From assembly GCF_001194135.2 (NCBI RefSeq), contig NC_068982.1, forward strand, positions 139,794,810 through 139,858,809: 64,000 nucleotides of DNA. Reading direction: 5' to 3'. The DNA is from Octopus bimaculoides. Lineage: Eukaryota. Position numbers and translations under genes: made by a program. Below, in pieces: positions 53,836 through 64,000 of this stretch. Numbering within the stretch: the first letter of the stretch is position 1; every line of letters begins with the position of its first letter. The notes under the pieces were generated by a model that saw only the letters and a list, made by a program, of their open reading frames with translations, did no database searches and was not told where the DNA came from.

Positions 53836-54237
53836 AAGACTGCTGAGAACATGTAGATAGATAAGGTTACATGGAATAACCCGATATCCACATAATTCCT
53901 ACCAGATATAAAGCCGAACCTGAGCCAAGCAAAAATAATAATCCGTCCTTCTTATGGCATGAGGTCTGAGAAGATTTAAGGATAGGGAGACCGATGTCTT
54001 AACAACTGCGGACAACCAAGAAGATCTGTAAATAACAAACTATAGAACAATGCACAGACGGTTATATTGCATACAATTGTACTCGAACATTATAGAAGCT
54101 CATCATACATTTCCAACATTGAGCTCTTTGACAACATTACACCACAAACACACCTTAAAATGACGTTAGATCAAAAAATTCTAGAAGTTACATGTTTTAT
54201 AAGAACACAAATGTAGTAAAATTATGGACACCATACC

Positions 54238-54239
54238 TT

Positions 54240-54290
<51 letters not shown>

Positions 54291-54418
54291 CACTTTGTCC
54301 CTCTTCCTATCTCGCTCTCTCTCTCCCTCTCCCTCTCTCTCTCTCTCTGTCTTGATATATGTCATATATACACATGCATATGTATATATACGGTTATAGT
54401 TTATAAATGTATGTATAT

Positions 54419-54449
<31 letters not shown>

Positions 54450-54455
54450 AATATA
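54238..54455. repeat. (TATC)n, (TC)n and (TA)n microsatellites
   Basis: Direct reading. Confidence 0.9.
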
Positions 54456-55454
54456 TACAAACACAGACGCGTATATTTAAAGCTGCGATCTCTATTTTAT
54501 CAAGACTATCTGCATATTCTCTTCTTTGAATAGTATGTCAAAACAGTCGGTATAATGACAACTCATTAAAGCTATGTTAGGTATAATAGTTTAGTTCAAA
54601 ATATTTCTTTAAAGGTAATATCCAACTTCATACGAATTGAATATATTTAATTCAATAACGCCAACATTAACGTGTGTAGACATAAATAGTCTATTTATTT
54701 TACTTTTAAAGAACGTTTTATGATACAAATTATAAAATGTTTCCTGGCAGTCATAAACGGCTGTTTAGACAATTTCAGAAATTATATTCTATTTCGTGAA
54801 CGACCTTTTATCAATGTTTGTCATCTAATTACAAAAATGTTAACAATAAAATTTCTTTTTAGTTTTGTTTAGTTATTTTGATATTCAATAAAGAAGGAAC
54901 GACGATAGTGGATATTTATTACAAGTATTTGTAATGTTCCATTGTTAACTCTACTGAACAAAATGAACTGACAATATATTACAGAAATATAAGCAAATAT
55001 AATTGGTTGTATATTTAGAAATGAAGCTATTGAATGAATGAAAGGAAAATAGCCCCAAAGTATGATTTCGTTTACGTTGAACTATATAGTGTTACTATAA
55101 AAGTAATTATTGCTATTAATATTACTAGTATCACTTGTAATTGTTCATATTGTTTATGTGCTACGATGTGTCAAGTATATTTTTGAAGCTTTTTTTTAAA
55201 TTTGAAAACATTTATTTCCTCACAGACATGGAACTTTCTTGTTCGTTCTGTAGTTTATTATTTTGTCGAAATACTCGTGAACATAAGAAACACTTAATTC
55301 CATGTTACTGTCCTATATTCCGTCATACTTTCTTTTTTGAAACAGCGATTAAATATAATATTTACCTTCCAAACAAGCGATCATGGTAGCGGAAACTTGA
55401 CTGGGAGTGTCTGAGTAGAGATTCGATCGTCACTTCAGATTAAGTATAGGCTGC

Positions 55455-55850
55455 TTAACTCTTTTCTCTTTTAATTGTTTCACTAATCAGACTGCGGCCA
55501 TTCTGGGGCGTCGCGTTGAAGTGTTTGTAGTCGAATAAATCGAACCTAGAACTACTTTTTAAAAACCTGGCACTTATTCTGCCGGTCTTTTGTCGAACCG
55601 CTAGAACCGAGGCCGTGAATACACCAACACCGGTTGTCAAGCATTGATGGGGGAAACACATACCCACACACACACACACACACACACATACAAAGACATG
55701 TACGATAGGCTTCTTTCATTTTTCCATCTACCTAGTCGATACATAAAGTTTGGTCGGCCCATGGCTATAGTAGAAAACACTCTCAAGGTGCGCCACGCCA
55801 TGCAAATGAATCCGGAACCATGTGGTTGTGAAGAATCAATAGTGATGCTT
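55455..55850 (-). mobile_element. SINE family B
   Basis: accaacaccggttgtcaagc...(CA)n...ggctttcttc...tggtcggccc...ccggaaccatgtggttg. Confidence 0.85.
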
Positions 55851-56489
55851 AAGCATCTCTGTTAAGAGTGCAGGCTTATAACCCATAAATGTGACAGGTA
55901 GAAAAAAAAAACTCCCTAGAACGAAGGCAGGAAAACTACCTAACATATCATAACAATAACACGCGTCGTACTCGTGCAAATAAACGAAACAGATTCATGA
56001 AACGGTTCAATTCTTACTACGTGCAGTGCTGCTGACGATGATGTATAATGTGAACATGTTAATATGTGTATCCTATTAACAACAATGATGAATATAAATC
56101 GCCCAGACACATAACTTTCAGCTGAACAGATTTCCTAAGCTCTGAATATCTCAAATAGTGTAGAGAGATATCACTGGTCTAAGCAGTTAAATTACTTTAT
56201 AATTAAGGACGGTTTCCATAACTTAATCCGCTGAATATTTCTCATCTAAAATATTTGGATACGTTTGTATGATTCACTGCAAATAGATTGCATAAAGGTG
56301 TGACTGGACCAAGTTTGAATTCTTTATTTTGCTTAAAAACAATTTAATTTAACACAACAATGAAGAAAAACATAGGACGTGTATATGCTATAGTAGTGTA
56401 ATCTATCTTACTAGTTGTGGTTATGAAAACGTTGACCATTGCATCTCTAAAATGCAAGTTGCTCATAATAATGGTTCCAAACTTTGGCA

Positions 56490-56672
56490 CGCAGATAGTA
56501 AATTCAGGAGTGGGGGAAAATTGACTACATCGTCCCAAGTACTCAACTGGAACTTATTTATTCGATCCTTAATTCAACCTCGGCGCAATTTGAACTCAGA
56601 AAGTAAGGACGGACGAAATGGTACTAAGCATTTTACTCGGCGGGCTAACGATTGTGCCTGCTTGCCCCCTTA
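56490..56672 (-). mobile_element. SINE family C
   Basis: caacctcggcgcaatttgaactcagaaagtaaggacggacgaaatgg. Confidence 0.8.
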
Positions 56673-56689
56673 GTTTCTTTTTCTTATAT

Positions 56690-56910
56690 AAGAATCCTTT
56701 CTTCTATAAGCATAAAGCCTGAAATTTGGGTGGAGGGGCCAGTCAATTAGCTCGACCTCAATACGCAACTGGTGCTTAATTTATCGACACCGAATGGATG
56801 AAAGGCAAAGTCGGCCTCGACAGAATTGGAACGCAGAACGCTCAGCTTTCGGGCGAAATACCGCTAAGTATTTCGTCCATCGTGCCAACGATTCTGCCGG
56901 CTCGCCACCA
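56690..56910 (-). mobile_element. SINE family C
   Basis: ggatgaaaggcaaagtcggcctcg...gaaataccgctaag...acgattctgccggctcgccacc. Confidence 0.9.
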
Positions 56911-56928
56911 CAGTGTTGTTTTTAATAA

Positions 56929-56965
<37 letters not shown>

Positions 56966-57362
56966 AAGGCCGCAAATTGGTAGAATCGTTAGCACGCCGG
57001 GCGAAATGCTTAGCGGTATTTTGTCTGCCACTGCGTTCTGAGTTCAAATTCCGCCGAGGTCGACTTTGCCTTTCATCCTTTCGGAGTCGGTAAATTAAGT
57101 ACCAGTTACGCACTGGGGTCGATATAATCGACTTAATCCGTTTGTCTGTCCTTGTTTGTCCCCTCTGTGTGTAGCCCCTTGTGGGCAGTAAAGAAATAGG
57201 TATTTTGTCTGTCTTTACGTTTTGAGTTCAAATTCCGCTCAGGCCGACTTAGCATTTCATCCTTTCGGGAATCGATAAATTAGGAACCAGTTGCGTACTG
57301 GGGTCGATAAAAATCGACTGGCCTCCTTCCCCAAACTTTCAGGTCTTGTTCCCAGAGTAGAA
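56966..57362 (+). mobile_element. SINE family C with an internal partial duplication
   Basis: The head aaggccgcaaattggtagaatcgttagc...gagttcaaattcc appears once; the segment gagttcaaattccg...catcctttcggg repeats at about 57225-57310. Confidence 0.9.
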
Positions 57363-57419
57363 AAGAATGATGACGGCGATGATGATCATGATGATGATTA
57401 GAGTAGATAGTGATTGGAT

Positions 57420-57800
57420 ATGCGGTTTATTGATTCTAGCTTACGATCTGATCGATTGATTATCATTAAGTTGAATGTAATGTCAGCGTGGTCGTATGTT
57501 TTATCAATGTTCTCACAATTGTTAATAGGGTCACTTTGTGAGGTTGGTGAAATTTTATGGGGAGCATATTACGTGAAATGGGCAGTCTGGGTACTTTTAC
57601 TCCTTTCCATACCTGAGTCTTGTGAGACATATTTGATCTTCCTACAAGCTGCATGTATGGCGATGTTAAGTGGGTAACTGTAATTTTGACACAGCTCTAT
57701 CAATAAGTTGTGATATCTCTGGTTGATTGGGAAGCTTTTATGTGTTAGAACAGAGAAACATGACAATTTTATTCTGATATTAAGTCTAAGCGGTTCAATT
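57420..57800 (-). mobile_element. Possible Penelope RT-endonuclease linker relic
   Basis: YHNLLIELCQNYSYPLNIAIHAACRKIK resembles the L...L..N.YP...I..A linker; weak. Confidence 0.3.
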
Positions 57801-58395
57801 ATAGAAATTGTGTTTGCCTTATTTACGGAGGTTTCGAGTGAATTTTCAGATTCGTGTAGATTGCATTACTTTAAGTAATTTAAAAGATTTTGTTATTGAT
57901 ATCAGCTTACATTACAGGAAATATTTAAAGATTTGTGGATCTTTTTACATGGAAGTTACACTTCAGAACGATTACTGTTGATAAAATGGTTACGAATGTT
58001 TTACTGAATTTTGAATAAGTGTTACATAAATTTTAATGAGCCCATGACTCCAAGAAAATATCAAATGTATATGCGCCGTAAACAGCCATTATTTCGAACA
58101 TCTGCGTTTCAATTAGGCTTCGTTAAGATGGCATAGGTGATTTGGTAATATTCATATATAAAATATATAGAACTGCGAACGAAGTAGCATATATTCATTC
58201 ACTTGCTGGCTATTCTGGTGCGAAATTCTTTTTTAAAATCAGGTCAGTTATGGGAGAGAATACATTTGCACTAATGGCCCTCACCTTTTTTATCTGATTT
58301 TCATTCTAATCACGTAAAAACATGCTTCCCAAAATATAATTTTTTATTTATTATAGGAAAGTGACACAAACGCATAGAATCACACAAATACGTTA

Positions 58396-58646
58396 CTGGG
58401 CTGGTGCATAACTATTGTGTATTTTTTTTCAACAAATTTCATTTAACAAAAACAATAACAATATTTAACAAAAGCTTCCTTAAATGACGTTCGGACCGTC
58501 TGCCACGCAAATGGGAAGCGGTAATTGAAATAGATAGTGAATATACTCCGGAATAATAATTTAAATATGTTTTTGTTATATGTTGTTATTGTTTTTGTTG
58601 ATTAAAATTTGTTGTAAAAAGCTGCAATAATTATGCACCAACCCAA
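58396..58646 (+). mobile_element. Mariner-derived MITE
   Basis: TA-flanked TIRs ctgggctggtgcataactattg and caataattatgcaccaacccaa. The internal peptide RLPRKWEAVIEIDSEY is the mariner transposase C-terminus. Confidence 0.9.
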
Positions 58647-58829
58647 TACTATGGCCAATGTCTGCTGTCAGTAGTGATTAAATAAGTCTAATTAACTAGT
58701 AATTTAAGCTTTGGTGATTAGAGACCTGAATATCCTATTGTAGACTTTTTTTCTATTTATGGCTTTGGCGGTAGTGTCATTAATAATAAAAAAATGTGTT
58801 CGAAAAATATTTGGTTCAAAAAGTGTTTG

Positions 58830-59236
58830 GTGCCCCGATTTGTTGTCGAATGGTCAGTCGTGACAATCCATCGGTTACGGCGACGAGAGTTCCAGTTGAT
58901 CCGATCGACGGAACAGCCTGCTCGTGAAATTAACGTGCAAGTGGATGAGTACGCTACAGACAAGTGTACGCTTAACGTAGTTCTCGGGGAGATTCAGTGT
59001 GACAGAGAGTATGACAAGGCTGGCCCCTTTGAAATATAGGTACAACAGAAACAGGAAGGAGTGAGAGAAAGTTGTGGTGAATGAGTACAGCAGAGTTCGC
59101 CACCACCCCCTGCCGGAGCCACGTGGAGCTTTAGGTGTTTTCGCTCAATAAACACTCACAACGCCAGCTCTGGGAATCGAAATTGCCATCCTACGACCAC
59201 GATTCCACTGCCGAAACCACTGGGCCATTGCGCTTC
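58830..59236 (-). mobile_element. tRNA-derived SINE (family A head plus shared central domain)
   Basis: The head reverse complement reads gaagcgcaatggcccagtggtttcggcagtgg...aatttcgattccc. The body is shared with 14400-14593 and 46185-46330. Confidence 0.85.
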
Positions 59237-59247
59237 AAGTGTGAGAC

Positions 59248-59365
59248 GCTTACAACATTTAGTTTTCGCAAACGGTCACCAATCTGAGTACTCACTAGGC
59301 TCGACATTGCTTAACTTCTGTGATCGGATGAAAACCGGTGCTTTCAAAATGATATGGCCGTAAGC
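59248..59365 (-). rRNA. 5S_rRNA: Full-length diverged 5S rRNA copy (probable pseudogene or 5S-derived SINE head)
   Basis: The minus strand reads GCTTACGGCCATATCATTTTGAAAGCACCGGTTTTCATCCGATCACAGAAGTTAAGCAATGTCGAGCCTAGTGAGTACTCAGATTGGTGACCGTTTGCGAAAACTAAAATGTTGTAAGC (118 nt). It is colinear with the metazoan 5S consensus, box A is intact, box C is mutated, and no oligo-T terminator follows. Confidence 0.9.
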
Positions 59366-59954
59366 GAATGGTCAGTAAATGGACGTCAAAGTAGCAACTG
59401 AAGGCTGCGTCTGAGTTTCTGTGATTCTGTGACATGACCAAACGAAACATGGATCAGTGGCAGCAAACTATTATCTTAGTTTACATAAAAATGAAATTCA
59501 ACAAAAGAGAAATTAAATCATAAAATGTTCATGATAATACAACGGGGATCCAGCAAATGGGATTTTAAAACAGTAAAATAAGAGAATTGAAGTAATTCTG
59601 ATAACATTCCAAGAATACAATTGTAAAATTGATATTAAATACGAAGGACAAAATGAAAAAATCTGGCGAAAAATAAGGTATTTGTTAATATTCGATAAAC
59701 AACTACAGATACACACAAATACATACACACTCACACGCGCACATAGACACACACACACACACACACACACACGTACATACATACATACACACATACAAGT
59801 ATGCTCGCGCACACATCTACAGCACATATATTATAAATGCGAGCCAATATTTGTAAGTGTAGTTACGTCTGCATTTTTCACATCTATTTATTTCGTTCGT
59901 TTGATCTTCAATCAACAGAAGTCGCGCCTTCGCCAGAAGGAGGCGCTGCGATAC

Positions 59955-60125
59955 TAATCAGCACCATCGCCACCGCCTCAACCATCACATTCAGAATTAC
60001 CTCAACCACCGCTACTCAACAACACCAAGAACAACAACAGCAGCAACAACAACAACAACAACTACTACTACTACTATTACTACTACTACTACTACTACTA
60101 CTAGTGCTACTGCTGCTGCTGCTGT
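59955..60125. repeat. Compound (CAA/CAG)(CTA)(CTG) trinucleotide repeat
   Basis: Direct reading; explains the polyQ/polyL in ORF 59837-60217. Confidence 0.9.
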
Positions 60126-60192
60126 TTGAATTGTCAATTCTCTCATGTGTTGCATATTTTCGAAAATACAACTTTAACATATCCATTAAACG

Positions 60193-60505
60193 TGGAGGTA
60201 CATGGCATAGTGTTTAAAGCAGCGGTCGAGGGTCGAAGGATCGCGGGTTCGAATCTCAGACCGGGCAATATGCGTGTTTATGAGAGAAAAACCTAAACTC
60301 CACTTGGCTCCGGTAGAAGGTAAGCGCGAACTTCTGCTGACACTTTCGCCGCAATTTCCTCTCACTCTTTCCTCCTGCATCTAACAGCTCACCTGCAACG
60401 GACCGGCGTCCTGTCCAGGAGGGAACCTATACGCCAATGAACGGGGAAACGCGATCTTATGAGTCAGGCATGGCTCCAGAAGGAACAAACAACAACAACG
60501 TTTAC
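60193..60505 (+). mobile_element. tRNA-derived SINE (family A)
   Basis: gtggaggtacatggcatagtgtttaaagc...gggttcgaatc; (AAC)n tail at about 60485-60500. Confidence 0.85.
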
Positions 60506-60950
60506 AATAAACACGTTTACTGTTCCTCCTGCGACACTCGGCCATTCAACTGCTTCTTAGGGTTACATTCCTCTGTTTTTTTCTCTTTTCGTTTTTTCAC
60601 ATTTGTGCTTGATATCATGGTTTTCACATCTCAGACACAATATCTCATCATGTTATATTATTTTTGTGCCTACAAACGAATCAGATTTCAGTTCGAAGTA
60701 ACCCCGACCCAGAACACTAACTGAAAAAAAAAAAGAAAAAAGAAAACTAACTAATTCCACTCAGTTCGCTTCGAGTCTGATCAAATGGATACACACTGAA
60801 GAAACTGCACCGAGAATTGTGCCTGGTTGTATCTGCTAGTTCCCTAATCAGTGCAGTGGAAACAAGTGTAGGTCAAACAGACCGTAATAATGTGGTGTAT
60901 AAAATTGAAATAAGAGGAAATGAATGAACATCTGACGGAAACTTTTTTAA

Positions 60951-60998
<48 letters not shown>

Positions 60999-61339
60999 AA
61001 TCTATATTCTTTTACCCTTTTACTTTTATTTTTTACTTGTTTCATTCATTTTGACTACGGCCAGCTGGAACACCACCTTCTCTATGTAATAATTTATATC
61101 AGATGCACCGCCACAGGAGAATATGCGTGAAAATGTAAACACGTAGACTGCAATACCTCGATACAAAAAGAAGGTATGAGAAAACCTTTAGTCATATATG
61201 CACTTATATCTCTTCAATTCTTCTATACATATGCACGCTGCTTTTCTTGTTTTCCCGCATATATATCAATAATAATTATAAATGTTATACAACCGACACA
61301 CGGACTGCTTCTCACTTGAATTGATTCCACACTTATAGA

Positions 61340-62470
61340 TAAATTGATGTTTGAATGCATTCAGTAGTGCAGACAACATCAGAAGATTAATTGGCTTTAG
61401 CATGAAGAAATGGAAAGTAGATCTCTATTCGTGTGACACAGCCTTAGGGAAAGTTAATGTCAACAGAGGAATTCCTCAAAGGAGTCTTTGTTGCTATTTA
61501 ATATGTCTTATGCTTAATCTCTCTCAATTAAGGAAGGCAAAGGCAGCGTATCAGTTCAGAAAGAGGGAAAAAATTGACCATTTGCGCTACATGGATGATC
61601 TGAAGCAGTTTAATAAGAATGAGAAAGAGACAGATTCTTTCCTTCAGACTGAAGGACTCTTCAGTAAAGATATAAGCATGGAATTTGGCATAGATAAGCA
61701 TGGAATGTTAGTCACGAGAAGGGGGTCAAGTAGTCAAAAGTGAAGGCATCCAATTGCCAGATGTCCAGACATTAAAATCATTGAAAGAAGGAAAGAGTTA
61801 TAAGTATCTAGAAGAATCAGAATCTCTCAGAGTATGAAACTTAGAAATGAAAACGAAAATTGAGAAGGTGTACATCAGAAAGCTGAGGGGATTAATGAAG
61901 GCAAAACTAAATGGTCTGAATCTAATGAAAGCATGAGAAGTATCTTGGGCAGTATTTGTGGGAGCACACTCGGGCAGTAGCCTTACTTATATACTCAGCA
62001 GCGTTTCTAGATTGGAAAGTCACAGTTAGCAAAGCTAGACACTAGGACTAGAAAGGAATTCAATAAATATGTAATACTCCACCAAGGAGCAGGATGCACA
62101 AGATTATATTTACCTAGAAAAGACGGTGGGAGAGAGTTAATATCAATATAAAACTGCGTGAAGTTAGCCACGATAGATACAGTCACCTATATATGTAATA
62201 CGGGAGAAAGTTTATTAAAAGCTGCTAAATTCACAGCAAACCAAAAAGCCGAATGAAGTTAAAAAGGAAGATTATCTGACTGGCAAGAGAAGGCTTTGCA
62301 TAGTGGATTCCCAAAGATAGTTGCTGGAAATAACAGTAGTGATACATGGTTTGGTTGCAGAAAGGAAGGTGGAAAATAGAGACAGAATGTTTGTTTGTAG
62401 TAGCATAGGATGAAGTATTGAGTACTAATGCGATACATGTCAAGATAGAAAAGAAAAAAAAGGTAAATTC
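61340..62470 (+). mobile_element. R4/Dong-like non-LTR retrotransposon RT pseudogene fragment
   Basis: ORF 61351-61743 contains GKVNVNRGIPQ, DHLRYMDDLKQF (YMDD catalytic motif) and FSKDISMEFGIDKHGMLV. Downstream lies LYLPRKDGGRELISI; many stops and frameshifts. Confidence 0.9.
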
Positions 62471-62984
62471 CTAAACTAGGTTATATAAATCAAAATAGTA
62501 AAGTGTTATTCATATAAGTGAATGTAAGAAAGAGACTAGAGAGTTCCAGAGACTTGTCTTTATAGTCACAAATGATGAAAAAATCAATATGAGAGGTAAT
62601 ACAATGTTAGGAATTTTTTCTCTTCCAGATGTTTACTCTGTTGTGTGTATATGAAATAATGATAATAAAAAAAAAAATTTTTACAGGTTGAGAAAGCTTT
62701 CATCAACAACCTGTGATTGCCTCACACTGAGGACGGGCAACCACCCAGAAAACATGATCTGCAAGTATCGCCTTAGTCTTAAGACGGCGGCGATGACCTC
62801 CCTTGCAAATACAATACAGACATAGATTGTGTGTCGATCTCTAGCTGGAAAAGATGTTTTCTTGGGACCTAAACAACAGCAACATCAGCCTTTAATAGGA
62901 CCGCCATATTCAGATGAGAAATAAACTTTACTGTTCGGTACTATTACAGTATATCACTCGCTGACATATTTAAAACAAATACTA

Positions 62985-63085
62985 CTACTACTACTACTAC
63001 TGATGATGATGATGATGATGATGATGGTGATGATGATAACGATGATCATGATGATTGTGATGTTGATGATGATAACAATAATAAC

Positions 63086-63130
<45 letters not shown>

Positions 63131-63249
63131 CAGTAGAAGAAGAAGAAGAAGAAGGAAGAGGAGGAGGAGGAGGAGGAGAAGAAGAAGAAGAAGAAGAAGA
63201 AGAAGAAGAAGAAGAAGAAGAAGAAGAAGAAGAAGAAGAAGAAGAAGAA
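62985..63249. repeat. Compound (TAC)(TGA)(TAA)(GAA/GAG) trinucleotide array
   Basis: Direct reading; explains the polyM/I/R and polyS/Y/H ORFs. Confidence 0.95.
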
Positions 63250-63775
63250 CCTAGGCAAATAAAAAAGCTTGAAATAGGAATTGACAAAATGTAGGACCTT
63301 AAGGATAAAACAATACCTGTTGACATAGGTGCCCTAGGAATGATAACAAAAGCGGCTGATTGCTACCTGGCTCAGATACCAAGAAATTCAAAAATGGAAG
63401 AAATTGGAAAAAATAGTGCTCATCGGAACTGCCGATACTTTACGTAAAATATTGTCGATGTAATCCCCCAAATATTTTAATCTGTAAACAATGTCAAAAT
63501 ACTTTTTCAATGTGCACAACAGCAAATACCTTTTACTGGCATCTTAACATCGGACTGTCACCTTATAATCAAATTACTTTTTCAAAAGAACTTCGAATTT
63601 ATTTATATCTTGACAAACATTCTCTTGAACAATACTCTATACAAAAACAAATATATGGCACCCTAATCATAACACCAACTTTAACTTCTAACTTGTTGTC
63701 TCTTGAGTTCTCTGGGTAAGACTTGGAGTAAATTTGTACAAATAGAAAGCAAAAGCCAAGCGTATTCTTTTATTC
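63250..63775 (+). mobile_element. R4/Dong-like 3' end (REL C-terminus and 3' UTR)
   Basis: LEIGIDKM*DLKDKTIPVDIGALGMI...IVLIGTADTLRKILSM*. Confidence 0.8.
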
Positions 63776-63777
63776 TT

Positions 63778-64000
63778 TTATTCTTTTACTTCTTTCAGTT
63801 ATTTGACTGAGGTCATACTGGAGCACTGCCCTTGTAAACCTAGTACTTATTCTATCGGTTTCTTTTACCGAACAGCTAATGTAAACACACCAGCATCTGT
63901 TGTCAAGCGATGTTGGGGGAAGAAACACAGACACACAAATATCGACACACACATACATATAGATATACATATATACGACAGGCTTCTTTCAGTTTCCGTC
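63778..64000 (-). mobile_element. SINE family B, truncated by the window end
   Basis: gtaaacacaccagcatctgttgtcaagcgatg...ggcttctttcagtttccgtc. Confidence 0.9.

Noticed and set aside
62997-63326. PolyM/I/R and polyS/P/Y/H ORFs
   Set aside because: Translations of a compound trinucleotide microsatellite.

Overview
AT-rich, repeat-dense eukaryotic scaffold segment with 13 N-gaps and no recognisable intact protein-coding gene. The interspersed repeat families, the 5S closing helix and the microsatellite load suggest an octopus or other coleoid cephalopod genome (inference from recalled repeat motifs, not a search). Contents: many copies of at least three tRNA-headed SINE families; degenerate non-LTR retrotransposon pieces (R4/Dong-type RT and restriction-like endonuclease, RTE-type AP endonuclease, an L1/Tx1-like ORF1 with a CCHC knuckle); Penelope-like GIY-YIG relics; three mariner-derived elements; and many microsatellites. 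Most long ORFs in the supplied track are artefacts of microsatellites or N-runs. The best signals are non-coding. (1) An apparently intact type I hammerhead ribozyme with an extended helix II at 41805-41887. (2) A near-intact minimal hammerhead at 8206-8248, plus several relics, one directly behind a tRNA-like SINE head. (3) A full-length diverged 5S rRNA copy about 10 nt upstream of a co-oriented tRNA-SINE, which may be a 5S-tRNA chimeric SINE. (4) A closely spaced inverted SINE pair that could form an A-to-I editing substrate. All alignments, folds and translations were done by eye.
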